In this document: positions 8,901-17,286 of the stretch, in pieces | Layout of the letters: each line of letters starts with the position of its first letter | Numbering within the stretch: position 1 is the stretch's first letter | Source: Phycisphaerae bacterium | GTDB taxonomy: Bacteria; Planctomycetota; Phycisphaerae; UBA1845 | Direction: 5' to 3' | NCBI GenBank assembly: GCA_041480905.1 | Contig: JBGPAW010000001.1 | Location: forward strand, 1-34,514 | Length of the DNA: 34,514 nt | The notes under the pieces: generated by a model | What the model was told of the DNA's origin: nothing | Seen by the model: the letters and a program-made list of their open reading frames with translations, nothing else | Database searches by the model: none | Made by a program: the position numbers and the translations under genes

Positions 8901-10073
8901 ATGGGGAGTGATACCATGAATGTCTACCCGCCCCCCTCGCGTGTCTCTCGCCCCCGCGGACCGCTGCTGCTGACTGCGGCTGTCCTGCTCGCAGGTGGAT
9001 GGGTAGTGGCCCGCCAGTTGCCAACGAGTTCCAAGGAACAGAAGGGTTCTGAGGCTCACCCACGCGCCGTCACCCCGCGCGGGAACTTGACCGACGAGGA
9101 AAAGCGGACGATCGACCTGTTTCACAGCGTCTCCCCCTCCGTGGTGTACATCACCAGCATCGCCCAGGTCCGCGACTTCTTCACTTTGGACGTTTTCAAG
9201 CTCCCTCGCGGTACCGGCTCGGGCTTCATCTGGGATGACCAAGGCCACGTCGTCACCAACTTCCACGTGGTCATGGAGGGTCTTCGCGAGGGTGACACGA
9301 TTGAAGTGACCCTGGCCGACCAGACTACCTCGACGGCGACGTTCGTCGGCGCTGCTCCGGACAAGGACTTGGCCGTGCTGCGTATCCCCCCGCCGCCGGC
9401 GAGATTCAAGCCGATCCCGGTGGGAACCTCCAAAGACCTCCAAGTTGGTCAGCGGGTTTTTGCCATCGGGAATCCGTTCGGCCTCGACCAGACCTTGACC
9501 ACGGGGGTGGTCAGTGCGCTCGGGCGGACCATGACCTCCGTGGCCGGACGCGAAATCGAGGGCGTGATCCAGACCGACGCCGCCATCAATCCGGGCAACT
9601 CGGGCGGTCCGCTCCTCGACAGCGCCGGACGACTCATCGGCGTTAACACCTCCATCTACAGCACGTCCGGCTCAAGCGCCGGCATCGGATTCGCCGTTCC
9701 CGTGGACATTGTGAACGACGTGGTGCCGCAGTTGATCCGGCATGGCCGTCTGATCCGGCCGACCCTGGGGATCATGTACTATCCGGACGAGAATCTGTTG
9801 CGCCGCGAGGGAATCCAGGGGGTGCTGGTCCTCAGCGTAACGCCCGGCTCAGGCGCGGAAGCGGCGGGCTTGCAGGGGACCCAGCGGACCCGGAACGGAC
9901 GTCTCATTCTCGGCGACATCATCAAAAAGATCGATGGGACCGCCATTGACAACACCAATGCCCTGCTCGACGCCCTCGAACGTCACCAGGTGGGCGACGT
10001 GGTGGAGGTCACTTTTGAGCGTGACGGCAAGCTCCGCACCGTCAAGGTTCAGGTTCAGGCCCCCCCGCCGTAG
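8901..10073 (+). CDS. HtrA/DegP-family trypsin-like serine protease with one PDZ domain
   Basis: 390-aa ORF with an N-terminal hydrophobic anchor (LLLTAAVLLAGGWVVA). Catalytic triad contexts are VVTNFHVV, DKDLAVLRI and GNSGGPLLD. The C-terminal PDZ-like segment is GVLVLSVTPGSGAEAAGLQ...GDIIKKIDG. ATG at 8916 is an alternative start. Confidence 0.88.
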   Translation: MGSDTMNVYPPPSRVSRPRGPLLLTAAVLLAGGWVVARQLPTSSKEQKGSEAHPRAVTPRGNLTDEEKRTIDLFHSVSPSVVYITSIAQVRDFFTLDVFKLPRGTGSGFIWDDQGHVVTNFHVVMEGLREGDTIEVTLADQTTSTATFVGAAPDKDLAVLRIPPPPARFKPIPVGTSKDLQVGQRVFAIGNPFGLDQTLTTGVVSALGRTMTSVAGREIEGVIQTDAAINPGNSGGPLLDSAGRLIGVNTSIYSTSGSSAGIGFAVPVDIVNDVVPQLIRHGRLIRPTLGIMYYPDENLLRREGIQGVLVLSVTPGSGAEAAGLQGTQRTRNGRLILGDIIKKIDGTAIDNTNALLDALERHQVGDVVEVTFERDGKLRTVKVQVQAPPP

Positions 10074-10179
10074 CCCGGTGCATAGCCAGGGGTATTTGAG
10101 GCGCGAGTGTGCGCCGTGGTGGCGCTGAATCCAGGTTATAGGATGTGTCCCGCCGTGAAGGAGTTGGCTCGGAGTCCCG

Positions 10180-11274
10180 ATGACCTTCCCAATTTACCCA
10201 TCTTCTCCAACTCAACGGCGTCTGCTCACTTTTTGGAGCGGCGGATGGGTGCTTCTGGTGGCCGGGCTGCTGATGGCTGGCGTGTGTGCGTGGCGGGTGC
10301 CCGGCATGCTCCGTTCGCGGGGTTCGCCCACGATCGGCGACGGGAAGAACGTCGCCAGCTACGGATTCGATCTGTCCACTTGTCTGGTCTCACGTGAAAC
10401 ACTTTTGGCTGCCGGGTTCGCCAAGGACGGGCTGCACGCTTTGCTCGACCCGCCGACCCTCACCGCCGCGGAAGTCGAGGCGGCCAACACGAAAGCGCAT
10501 GGCAAGTTCCTCGTTCCCGGCGACCGCGTCGTCGGGGTCGCATGGAATGGGGAGACGCGGGCTTATCCCTTGCGGATTCTGGCTTGGCACGAGGTGGTTA
10601 ACGACACGCTGGCCGGGCGACCGATTGCGGTTACCTACAGTCCCCTGTGTGACAGCGTGGTGGTGTTCGACCGCCGCGTGGCCACGGAAACCCTGACCTT
10701 CGGCGTGAGCGGATTGCTGTACAACTCGAACCTGCTCATGTACGACCGACGCCCGGAAGGTCGGGGCGAAAGCCTGTGGAGCCCGTTGCAGTTCCGCGCG
10801 GTGGCCGGTCCCGCCGCCGCGGCCGGGTGGCGGCTGGAGGTGATCCCCGCCGCCGTGATGCGTTGGGGCGATTGGCGAAGCCGACACCCGGAAACGCGCG
10901 TGCTGGCCGCGGCCCCGGGCATGGCTCGCGAATACCAGCGGGAACCCTATGCGAGTTACTTCGGGTCGGACCGCCTGCGGTTTCCCGTCCGCCCGCTGCC
11001 GCCGCCGGATGGTCCGGCGTACAAAACCCGCGTCGTGGTGGTCGGCGTGCATGGGGTCCGGGGGGTGTTCCCGCTCAGCACGATCGCCGCCCGGGCCGAC
11101 GCGAACGGCGTCTGGCGAACCGCCCTGGGCGGTTCACCGCTGCGTTTCATCTACCGCGAGCCGCCGGCCAGCGTTTGGGTCGAGACGGACGAACCCCACC
11201 CGGCGCTGGAAACGGTTTATTGCTTCTGGTTCGCATGGTATGCCCTGCACCCCGACGAAGCCCTCCTGCCGTAG
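10180..11274 (+). CDS. DUF3179 domain-containing membrane-anchored protein
   Basis: 364-aa ORF with an N-terminal TM segment (WVLLVAGLLMAGVCAW). The core DRVVGVAWNGETRAYPLRILAWHEVVNDTLAGRPIAVTYSPLCDSVVVFDR...LTFGVSGLLYNSNLLMYD...SLWSPL matches my recollection of the DUF3179 family pattern. Confidence 0.7.
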   Translation: MTFPIYPSSPTQRRLLTFWSGGWVLLVAGLLMAGVCAWRVPGMLRSRGSPTIGDGKNVASYGFDLSTCLVSRETLLAAGFAKDGLHALLDPPTLTAAEVEAANTKAHGKFLVPGDRVVGVAWNGETRAYPLRILAWHEVVNDTLAGRPIAVTYSPLCDSVVVFDRRVATETLTFGVSGLLYNSNLLMYDRRPEGRGESLWSPLQFRAVAGPAAAAGWRLEVIPAAVMRWGDWRSRHPETRVLAAAPGMAREYQREPYASYFGSDRLRFPVRPLPPPDGPAYKTRVVVVGVHGVRGVFPLSTIAARADANGVWRTALGGSPLRFIYREPPASVWVETDEPHPALETVYCFWFAWYALHPDEALLP

Positions 11275-11357
11275 CATCATGGCGGAGACGTGATAAGATT
11301 CGCTTTTCGGGAGTCGGTTGATTGTCCGCCCAGCCAATTAGTGTAGGACACTAACAA

Positions 11358-13994
11358 TTGACGACGACGGACCTCACTCCGGCCATGCGCCAGTACGTCG
11401 AGCAGAAACAACAGGTCGGCGACGCCATCCTGCTGTTCCGCATGGGGGATTTCTACGAGACGTTCTACGAAGACGCCAAGTTGGCCGCCCGCGTCCTGGG
11501 CATCGCCCTGACGTCGCGCAACAAGGGCGACAACCCCATCCCGCTGGCCGGTATTCCGTATCACGCCCTGGAGGCGTATCTCTCGAAGCTGGTCAAAGCC
11601 GGGTACAAGGTGGCCATCTCCGAGCAGGTCGAAGACCCCAAGGCCGCTAAGGGTGTGGTCCAGCGGGCCATCGTGCGGGTGGTCACGGCCGGGACGCTGA
11701 CGGATGAGGCCCTGTTGGACGAGCGGGCCGAGAACGTACTGGCGGCGGTGTGCGTACAAGGGCGCGACGTGGGCATCGCCGATATCGAGCTGGCTTCGGG
11801 GCGGTTCCGTACCTTCGACCTGCTCCGCGAAGGCGCGGTAGACGAATTGGTCCGCCTTGGGCCGGCGGAGATGCTCCTGCCGGGCGAAACGTTCACGCCC
11901 GCCTCGGCTGATGAGCCCGCCGCCCGGATCGCGGAAGAGGTCCGGGCGCTGTGCGGGGCGACGATCTCGCGGCGGGCGGAACACAGCTTCGCGCCGTTCA
12001 ACGCCGAGCGGACGTTGCTGGCCCACTTTGGGGTGAGCACGCTGGCGGGATTCGGCTTCACGGAGATGGACGCGGCGCTGTGCGCCGCGGGGGCGATCAT
12101 CGCCTACCTGCAGGAAACGCAAAAGACATCCCTGGTCCACGTGCAAAGGCTGGAGCGGCGCAGCGCGGGGCGTTACGTCGGGCTGGATCGCAACACGTGG
12201 CGGGCACTGGAGATCGAACGCACGCTGCGCGGCGGCGAGCGTCGCGGGAGTCTCCTGGCGGCCATGGACCGCACGGGCCATCCCATCGGGTCGCGGACGC
12301 TGCGGCAGTGGATCGCCCTGCCGCTGGTGGACGCGAACGAAATCGGGTCGCGGCACCAGGGGGTGCAGGAGTTGGTCGAGCAGACCGGGATGCGCCGGCA
12401 AGTCCGGCGCACCCTGCGGGAACTGGCCGACGTTGAACGGATCAGCGCCCGCGTGGCCCTCGCCCGGGCGAGTCCGCGCGACCTGACGGCGTTGGGGCGA
12501 ACCTTGCTCCGCCTGCCCGAGTTGCGGGCGGCCTTGACCGAGGCGGGCGCCCCGCTGCTGCATGAGCTAGGCCAAGCCTTGGACGGCACCGAGGAATTAG
12601 CGAACGGATTGCGGCGGGCGATCCGGGAGGACGCTCCGCTCAGCGTACGCGAGGGCGGCATCATCGCGTCAGGCTTCAACGAAGAACTGGATCGTCTGCG
12701 GGGCATCCGCAGCCAGGGGCAGAACTGGCTGGCGAAGTATCAGGAGGAGCAGAGCACCCGCACGGGGATTGCGTCGCTGAAGGTGGGGTTCAACCGCGTG
12801 TTCGGGTACTACATTGAGATTTCCAATATGCACCGTGACCGGGCCCCAGCCGATTACGTCCGTAAGCAGACGGTCAAGAACGCCGAGCGCTACATCACCG
12901 ACGAGCTGAAGCAGTATGAAACCGAGGTGCTCACCGCCGAGGAGCGGGCCAACGATCTGGAGTACCGCCTGTTCGAGGAGTTGCGCGGGCGGGTGGCCAA
13001 GGAGATGACCCTCTTGCAGCGGGTGGCCGGTGCGGTGGGGCGGTTGGATGCGCTGGCCGGTCTTGCCGAACTGGCCGTCGAGCGCCGTTACGTCCGCCCG
13101 GAGATGGTCGCGGAGCCCATGCTGCACATCGTGGACGGGCGGCATCCGGTGCTGGACCAGACGCTGGGGGACGACTTCGTGCCCAACGACACGGAGATGC
13201 TGCCCGGCGGGGACCGGGTGCTGCTCATCACCGGGCCGAACATGGCCGGAAAAAGCACCTACATCCGCCAGGTCGCCCTGCTGGTGCTGATGGCCCAGAC
13301 CGGTTCGTTCGTGCCGGCCGGGTCGATGCGTTTCTCGCCGGCGGACCGCATCTTCGCCCGGGTGGGAGCCAGCGACGAGCTGGTCCGCGGGCAATCGACG
13401 TTCATGGTGGAGATGAGCGAGGCGGCCAACATCCTCCACAACGCCACGGAGCGGTCCCTGGTGGTGCTGGACGAGATCGGACGGGGGACGAGCACGTTCG
13501 ACGGGCTGTCGCTGGCGTGGGCCATCACCGAGCACGTGGCCAATTGCGTCCGCTGCCGGACCTTGGTGGCGACGCACTACCACGAGATGACCGAGTTGGA
13601 GGAATTGCTCCAAGGGGTGCGGAACTACAATGTGGCGGTGCGCGAATGGCACGGAGCCGACGGCAAGGAAGAAGCGCTGGTCTTTTTGCACAAGATCGTG
13701 CCGGGCGGGGCGGACAAGAGCTACGGCGTACACGTGGCCAGGCTGGCGGGGATTCCCAAGGCGGTGGTGGAGCGGAGCAAGGTGATCCTGGATGAGCTAC
13801 AGAAGGGTTTCTCGCGGGAGTCGCACACCACGCGCATCGCCGGGGCCCGCACGCGGAAGGAGGAGCAACTGCTGCTGTTCGAGGACCCGGCGGAGAAGGT
13901 GGCCCAGCGCCTGGTCCGGATCGATCCGGACCAGACGACGCCGATGGAAGCGCTCAAGCTGCTCCGTGAACTCCGCGACGAGTTGGGTGGATAA
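11358..13994 (+). CDS. mutS: DNA mismatch repair protein MutS
   Basis: 878-aa ORF with a TTG start. The N-terminus TPAMRQYVEQKQQVGDAILLFRMGDFYETFYEDA is the mismatch-binding domain. Walker A is GPNMAGKSTYIRQ. Also present are STFMVEMSE and DEIGRGTSTFDG. Confidence 0.95.
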   Translation: MTTTDLTPAMRQYVEQKQQVGDAILLFRMGDFYETFYEDAKLAARVLGIALTSRNKGDNPIPLAGIPYHALEAYLSKLVKAGYKVAISEQVEDPKAAKGVVQRAIVRVVTAGTLTDEALLDERAENVLAAVCVQGRDVGIADIELASGRFRTFDLLREGAVDELVRLGPAEMLLPGETFTPASADEPAARIAEEVRALCGATISRRAEHSFAPFNAERTLLAHFGVSTLAGFGFTEMDAALCAAGAIIAYLQETQKTSLVHVQRLERRSAGRYVGLDRNTWRALEIERTLRGGERRGSLLAAMDRTGHPIGSRTLRQWIALPLVDANEIGSRHQGVQELVEQTGMRRQVRRTLRELADVERISARVALARASPRDLTALGRTLLRLPELRAALTEAGAPLLHELGQALDGTEELANGLRRAIREDAPLSVREGGIIASGFNEELDRLRGIRSQGQNWLAKYQEEQSTRTGIASLKVGFNRVFGYYIEISNMHRDRAPADYVRKQTVKNAERYITDELKQYETEVLTAEERANDLEYRLFEELRGRVAKEMTLLQRVAGAVGRLDALAGLAELAVERRYVRPEMVAEPMLHIVDGRHPVLDQTLGDDFVPNDTEMLPGGDRVLLITGPNMAGKSTYIRQVALLVLMAQTGSFVPAGSMRFSPADRIFARVGASDELVRGQSTFMVEMSEAANILHNATERSLVVLDEIGRGTSTFDGLSLAWAITEHVANCVRCRTLVATHYHEMTELEELLQGVRNYNVAVREWHGADGKEEALVFLHKIVPGGADKSYGVHVARLAGIPKAVVERSKVILDELQKGFSRESHTTRIAGARTRKEEQLLLFEDPAEKVAQRLVRIDPDQTTPMEALKLLRELRDELGG

Positions 13995-14418
13995 CACGGT
14001 TTCCATCGCGGATTGTGGATTGAAGAGGCTGGAATCCCCCTCGTCTCGTTAGGTTCGGTTCTCTGACCTACCATCTGACTATTGGGGGAAGCCGGTTCTC
14101 CGGTTCGCCACCGTAGCCCCAGGACACCGGGGAATTGCAATCGCCAGCGTTTCCAGGTGTATAAGATGCGCTGAGCAAGGCGATGTCGCATGCGCCGGCG
14201 GAGTGGCGGATGGATTGACCTAAGTGCTTGATTGGGTTAAGGTAAGCGCATTACAAGCAGGACCCGAGGGTCAGGGCGACGATCTCGCGGGGCCAGGGAG
14301 GGTGGTATAGCATGCGCGAGTGCCTATCCTTGGCCGGTTCTCCAGCCTACTCAAACGGGCAGGTCGCGGATTCCGCCGATAGAGCCTCGATAGGGAGCGA
14401 GTCAGGGGTCTGAGCACC

Positions 14419-15627
14419 ATGCCCACTTATGCCTACAGAGCAATCGGTCCTGACGGCAAAGCCGTCGAGGGTACGCTCACGGCTGAAAACCAGCAGACCC
14501 TGCTGCGCATGCTGGACGAGGAGTCCTTGTTTCCGGTCTCGGTCAGCGAGGGAGGTCGCGCCGGCCGGCGGATGATCGGCACCGGTCGCAAACGGGTCAA
14601 GCTTCGCCACGTGATCGCATTCTACAACCAGATGGCGGACCTGCTTCGGGCCGGCGTGCCGATGCTCCGCACGTTGGACACCCTGGCCCGCCTGACGACG
14701 AACGCGGTGTTGGCCGAAGTGCTCAAAGAAGTCCGGGAAGACGTCGCCGGGGGGACAACCCTGGCGGAGTCGATGGCCAAACATCCTAACGCGTTCCACC
14801 CGCTGCACACCTCGATGATCCGGGCGGGCGAAGCCGGCGGTTTCCTGGAGGATGTATTGCACCGGCTGGCGGCGTTTTCAGAGCGGCAAGACGAACTGCG
14901 CGGCAAACTGGTCGGCTCGATGATCTACCCGTGCATCCTGGTCCTGGCCGGCGGTGCCATCGTGACCCTACTTATGGTGTTTGTGGTGCCCAAGTTCCGC
15001 ATCTTCTTGCGGGAAGAGCATTTCAACTTCCTCACCAAGATTGTTTTTGGGGTCTCGGACTCTTTGCAGGCGCATTACGCGGTGCTGCTGGCGGCGGTGG
15101 CGGCGGTGCTGCTGGCCATTTGGGGGTTCCAGCGCACGGCGCAGGGACGGCTCCTGTGGGCCAAGTTCCAGCTCAAAGCGCCCGGCGTCGGAAAAATATA
15201 CACGATGGTGGCGGTTTGCCGCTTCTGCCGCATCCTGGGCACGCTGTTGCACAACGGGGTGCCCATCCTGCAAGCGCTGAAGATCTCCAGAGACTCCGCG
15301 GGTAACGTGGTCCTCGCGGAGGCGATCGACAGAGCCGGCGAAAACGTCAAGAAGGGGGATACTTTGTCCAGACCGCTGGCGGCCAGCGGGCTATTCCCGC
15401 TGGACATTCTGGCCATGATGACGGTGGCGGAAGAGAGCAACACGCTGGATACGATGCTGGTCGACGTGGCGGACACCAACGAAGCGCGTACCTCGCGGAA
15501 AATCGACCTGGCGGTCCGTCTGGTGGAACCTATTCTGCTGGTGTTCATGGCCGGATTGGTGCTGGGCATCGCCCTGGCTTTGCTGCTCCCCATCCTGACC
15601 ATGAGTTCACGGGGGATGAGTCTGTAA
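14419..15627 (+). CDS. gspF: Type II secretion / type IV pilus platform protein GspF/PilC family
   Basis: 402-aa ORF. MPTYAYRAIGPDGKAVEGTLTAENQQTLLRMLDEESLFPVSV is the classic GspF N-terminus. It has two T2SSF repeats and three predicted TM segments. Confidence 0.9.
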   Translation: MPTYAYRAIGPDGKAVEGTLTAENQQTLLRMLDEESLFPVSVSEGGRAGRRMIGTGRKRVKLRHVIAFYNQMADLLRAGVPMLRTLDTLARLTTNAVLAEVLKEVREDVAGGTTLAESMAKHPNAFHPLHTSMIRAGEAGGFLEDVLHRLAAFSERQDELRGKLVGSMIYPCILVLAGGAIVTLLMVFVVPKFRIFLREEHFNFLTKIVFGVSDSLQAHYAVLLAAVAAVLLAIWGFQRTAQGRLLWAKFQLKAPGVGKIYTMVAVCRFCRILGTLLHNGVPILQALKISRDSAGNVVLAEAIDRAGENVKKGDTLSRPLAASGLFPLDILAMMTVAEESNTLDTMLVDVADTNEARTSRKIDLAVRLVEPILLVFMAGLVLGIALALLLPILTMSSRGMSL

Positions 15628-15676
15628 AGATGCGAAGAAGGTCCTGGTGTTCCGACACGCGTGATTTGACGGGCGT

Positions 15677-15732
15677 CCGGGAGGGCGAGGCTCCTGCCGA
15701 GCCGTGGCTCGCCGGGAGGCGCGCCCTCCCGG
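15677..15732 (+). promoter_or_regulatory. Nested or alternative GC-rich stem-loops in the gspF-gspG spacer
   Basis: CCGGGAGGGCG (15677..15687) is the perfect reverse complement of CGCCCTCCCGG (15722..15732). A second CCGGGAGG (15712..15719) can instead pair with CCTCCCGG (15725..15732), leaving a 5-nt loop. An inner CGAGC-CGTG-GCTCG hairpin lies between them. Confidence 0.6.
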
Positions 15733-15802
15733 AACCATCGCACGAGCCGTGCCGGACCACCAGGGAGAACAAACGGAGTTTCTAAGCCGAGGAGTTAGGG
15801 TC

Positions 15803-16258
15803 ATGTCGCGTCACAAGAGGAGATCGCGGGCAGGGTTTACGCTGCTGGAGGTTCTGCTGGTCATCGGCATCCTGGCCTTGCTGGCGGCGTTCGTGGTACC
15901 GGCGCTTTCGGGAGCCGGCGAAAGGGCCAGGATCGGCATTGCCCAATCCGAGATCGGTCGGAACGGACCGATCGCGGGGGCGCTCAAGCGCTACAAGTGG
16001 GACATCGGCAAATTCCCGGACACGGACGAAGGGTTGGCGGCCTTGTTCGAGCGGCCCAGCAGCGTCGACGAGGAGAGCAAGAAGTGGAACGGGCCTTATG
16101 TGGAGGGCAGCCCGGAAGACCTCAAAGATCCGTGGGGCAAGCCCTTCCAGTACCGCTTCCCCGGCGATGCCAACGAGAAGGAATACGATCTGTGGAGCTT
16201 CGGGCCCGACATGAAGGACAGCACCGACGACGACATCACCAGTTGGAAGCGGAAGTAG
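15803..16258 (+). CDS. gspG: Type II secretion major pseudopilin GspG
   Basis: ATG at 15803 is preceded by GGAG at 15791. The product starts MSRHKRRSRAG|FTLLEVLLVIGILALLAAFVVP, a prepilin leader with G-1, F+1 and E+5. The C-terminal T2SS-G signature is GPYVEG...DPWGKPFQYRFPGDANEKEYDLWSFGPDMKDSTDDDITSW. The track start at 15704 is a likely over-extension. Confidence 0.92.
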   Translation: MSRHKRRSRAGFTLLEVLLVIGILALLAAFVVPALSGAGERARIGIAQSEIGRNGPIAGALKRYKWDIGKFPDTDEGLAALFERPSSVDEESKKWNGPYVEGSPEDLKDPWGKPFQYRFPGDANEKEYDLWSFGPDMKDSTDDDITSWKRK

Positions 16259-16264
16259 TGAGTA

Positions 16265-16292
16265 GCTGTCAGCTTTCAGCTAACAGCTAAGA
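16265..16292. repeat. Tandem heptad repeat AGCTGTC AGCTTTC AGCTAAC AGCTAAG, 6 nt after the gspG stop
   Basis: Read directly from the sequence: four consecutive 7-nt units, each starting with the palindromic AGCT. Related arrays lie at 19038..19065 and 31251..31278. Confidence 0.85.
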
Positions 16293-16317
16293 CCATTGCG
16301 CTGCCGAGATGGCGTAA

Positions 16318-17286
16318 ATGACTCATCAACGATGTCATTATGGAGCCAGGCAAGGCCGCTCCCTGACGGTCGCGGTTCGGACACGCAAGCCAAGACCGCT
16401 CCCTGACGGTCGCGGTTCGGAAAGGCAATCCGCAATCCTTGACATCCTCGACGCCATCCGGCGTCGAGCACGTCAAGGACAGGTCCGCAATCCGCGATTC
16501 ACGGAGCCTTCGCGGCTCGACCGGTCATTCACGCTGTTGGAGGTTCTGCTGGTCATCGGGTTGCTGACGGTCCTGGCCGCAATGGTCATGCCGAACCTGT
16601 TAGGGCAGATCCTGGGGGAACGGCTGCCAAGGTCGGCCAAGCAGTTACGGTCGCTGGTGCAGTTGACGCGGGCGAACGCGATGCTGGACGGCAAGCGTTA
16701 CCGGCTGCGGTTCCCCCGCCAAGACGAGCTGGACAACGAAGGGACGGACGTGCAGCCGATCGTGGAATGCGAAGAGGAGCCGTTTCGGGCTCCGGGGATA
16801 TACGTGGCGGTGACGGCGGCGTGGGCCCAGGGCGAGACGCTGCTGGAGGGGGTGTGGTGCGTCAAGGTGCGCCTGGCCAAACCCACGACCGAACAGTTGC
16901 TGCGTAATTTCGAGGACGTGCGCGCGGACCTGAACGAAGACGAGCAAGAGGCGGACCCGTTCTATCAGGAGTTCATCGACGACTTCGAGAAGGACTACCC
17001 ACCGCTGGTGTTCGAGCCGGACGGGACGAGCGAGTGGGCCACGTTCGTCGTCAGCGAGGCCCCCCGCGGCACCGACTCGAAGGCCCTGGCGGACTACAAA
17101 CGGATCGAGGTGATCTACGACGGTCTGACCGGGTTGGCGTGGTTGCAGCGGCCGTTTTACGAAGAGGAATTGAACATGCTGGTGGAGCACAACTGGCCGC
17201 CGGTGTTGCGGAAGGATTTTCTGCGGGCCGAGCCGCTGACCGAGAACGAGGTCATCGAGATTCAGGAAAGTCTGGTGCGGAAATGA
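16318..17286 (+). CDS. Minor pseudopilin, GspH-like; 5' boundary uncertain
   Basis: The prepilin-type hydrophobic N-terminus SFTLLEVLLVIGLLTVLAAMVMP is followed by a GspH-like SAKQLRSLVQLTRANAMLDGKRYRLRF. The only in-frame ATG/GTG/TTG upstream of this motif is ATG 16318. That start gives a 66-aa leader translated through the repeat-filled spacer. Residue -1 is Ser, not Gly. Confidence 0.65.
   Translation: MTHQRCHYGARQGRSLTVAVRTRKPRPLPDGRGSERQSAILDILDAIRRRARQGQVRNPRFTEPSRLDRSFTLLEVLLVIGLLTVLAAMVMPNLLGQILGERLPRSAKQLRSLVQLTRANAMLDGKRYRLRFPRQDELDNEGTDVQPIVECEEEPFRAPGIYVAVTAAWAQGETLLEGVWCVKVRLAKPTTEQLLRNFEDVRADLNEDEQEADPFYQEFIDDFEKDYPPLVFEPDGTSEWATFVVSEAPRGTDSKALADYKRIEVIYDGLTGLAWLQRPFYEEELNMLVEHNWPPVLRKDFLRAEPLTENEVIEIQESLVRK
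16351..16421. repeat. Two copies of a 31-bp REP-like GC-rich repeat (16351..16381 and 16391..16421)
   Basis: CAAG[G/A]CCGCTCCCTGACGGTCGCGGTTCGGA occurs twice with 1 mismatch and a 40-bp period. Each unit can fold as GACCG-CTCCCTGA-CGGTC or ACCGC-loop-GCGGT. Confidence 0.85.
16425..16500 (+). repeat. 16-bp interrupted hairpin (16437..16478) flanked by GCAATCC heptads and 9-bp direct repeats CCGCAATCC
   Basis: The hairpin is CCTTGAC-ATC-CTCGACGCC-ATCC-GGCGTCGAG-CAC-GTCAAGG. GCAATCC GCAATCC lies at 16425..16438 and GCAATCC GCGATTC at 16487..16500. CCGCAATCC occurs at 16430..16438 and 16485..16493. Confidence 0.8.

Noticed and set aside
14085-14130. tRNA-like T-loop (CCGGTTCGCCACCG) and a GGGG...CCCC pairing in the mutS-gspF spacer.
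   Set aside because: - Only a 3-bp T-stem can form.
- I found no acceptor, D or anticodon arms.
- It is not a credible tRNA.
15704-15802. Upstream extension of gspG from ATG 15704 (track ORF of 184 aa). Similar N-terminal over-extensions occur at 5288 (gcvH) and 17034 (GspI-like).
   Set aside because: - Family-typical N-termini, SD motifs or a stop/start overlap support the internal starts at 15803, 5351 and 17283.
- The extensions run through structured spacers or the preceding gene.
16351-16421. The 31-bp direct repeats with a 40-bp period, considered as a mini CRISPR array.
   Set aside because: - There are only two copies.
- The spacer is just 9 bp.
- No cas genes are present in the window.
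- The repeat looks like a GC-rich REP-type palindromic unit.
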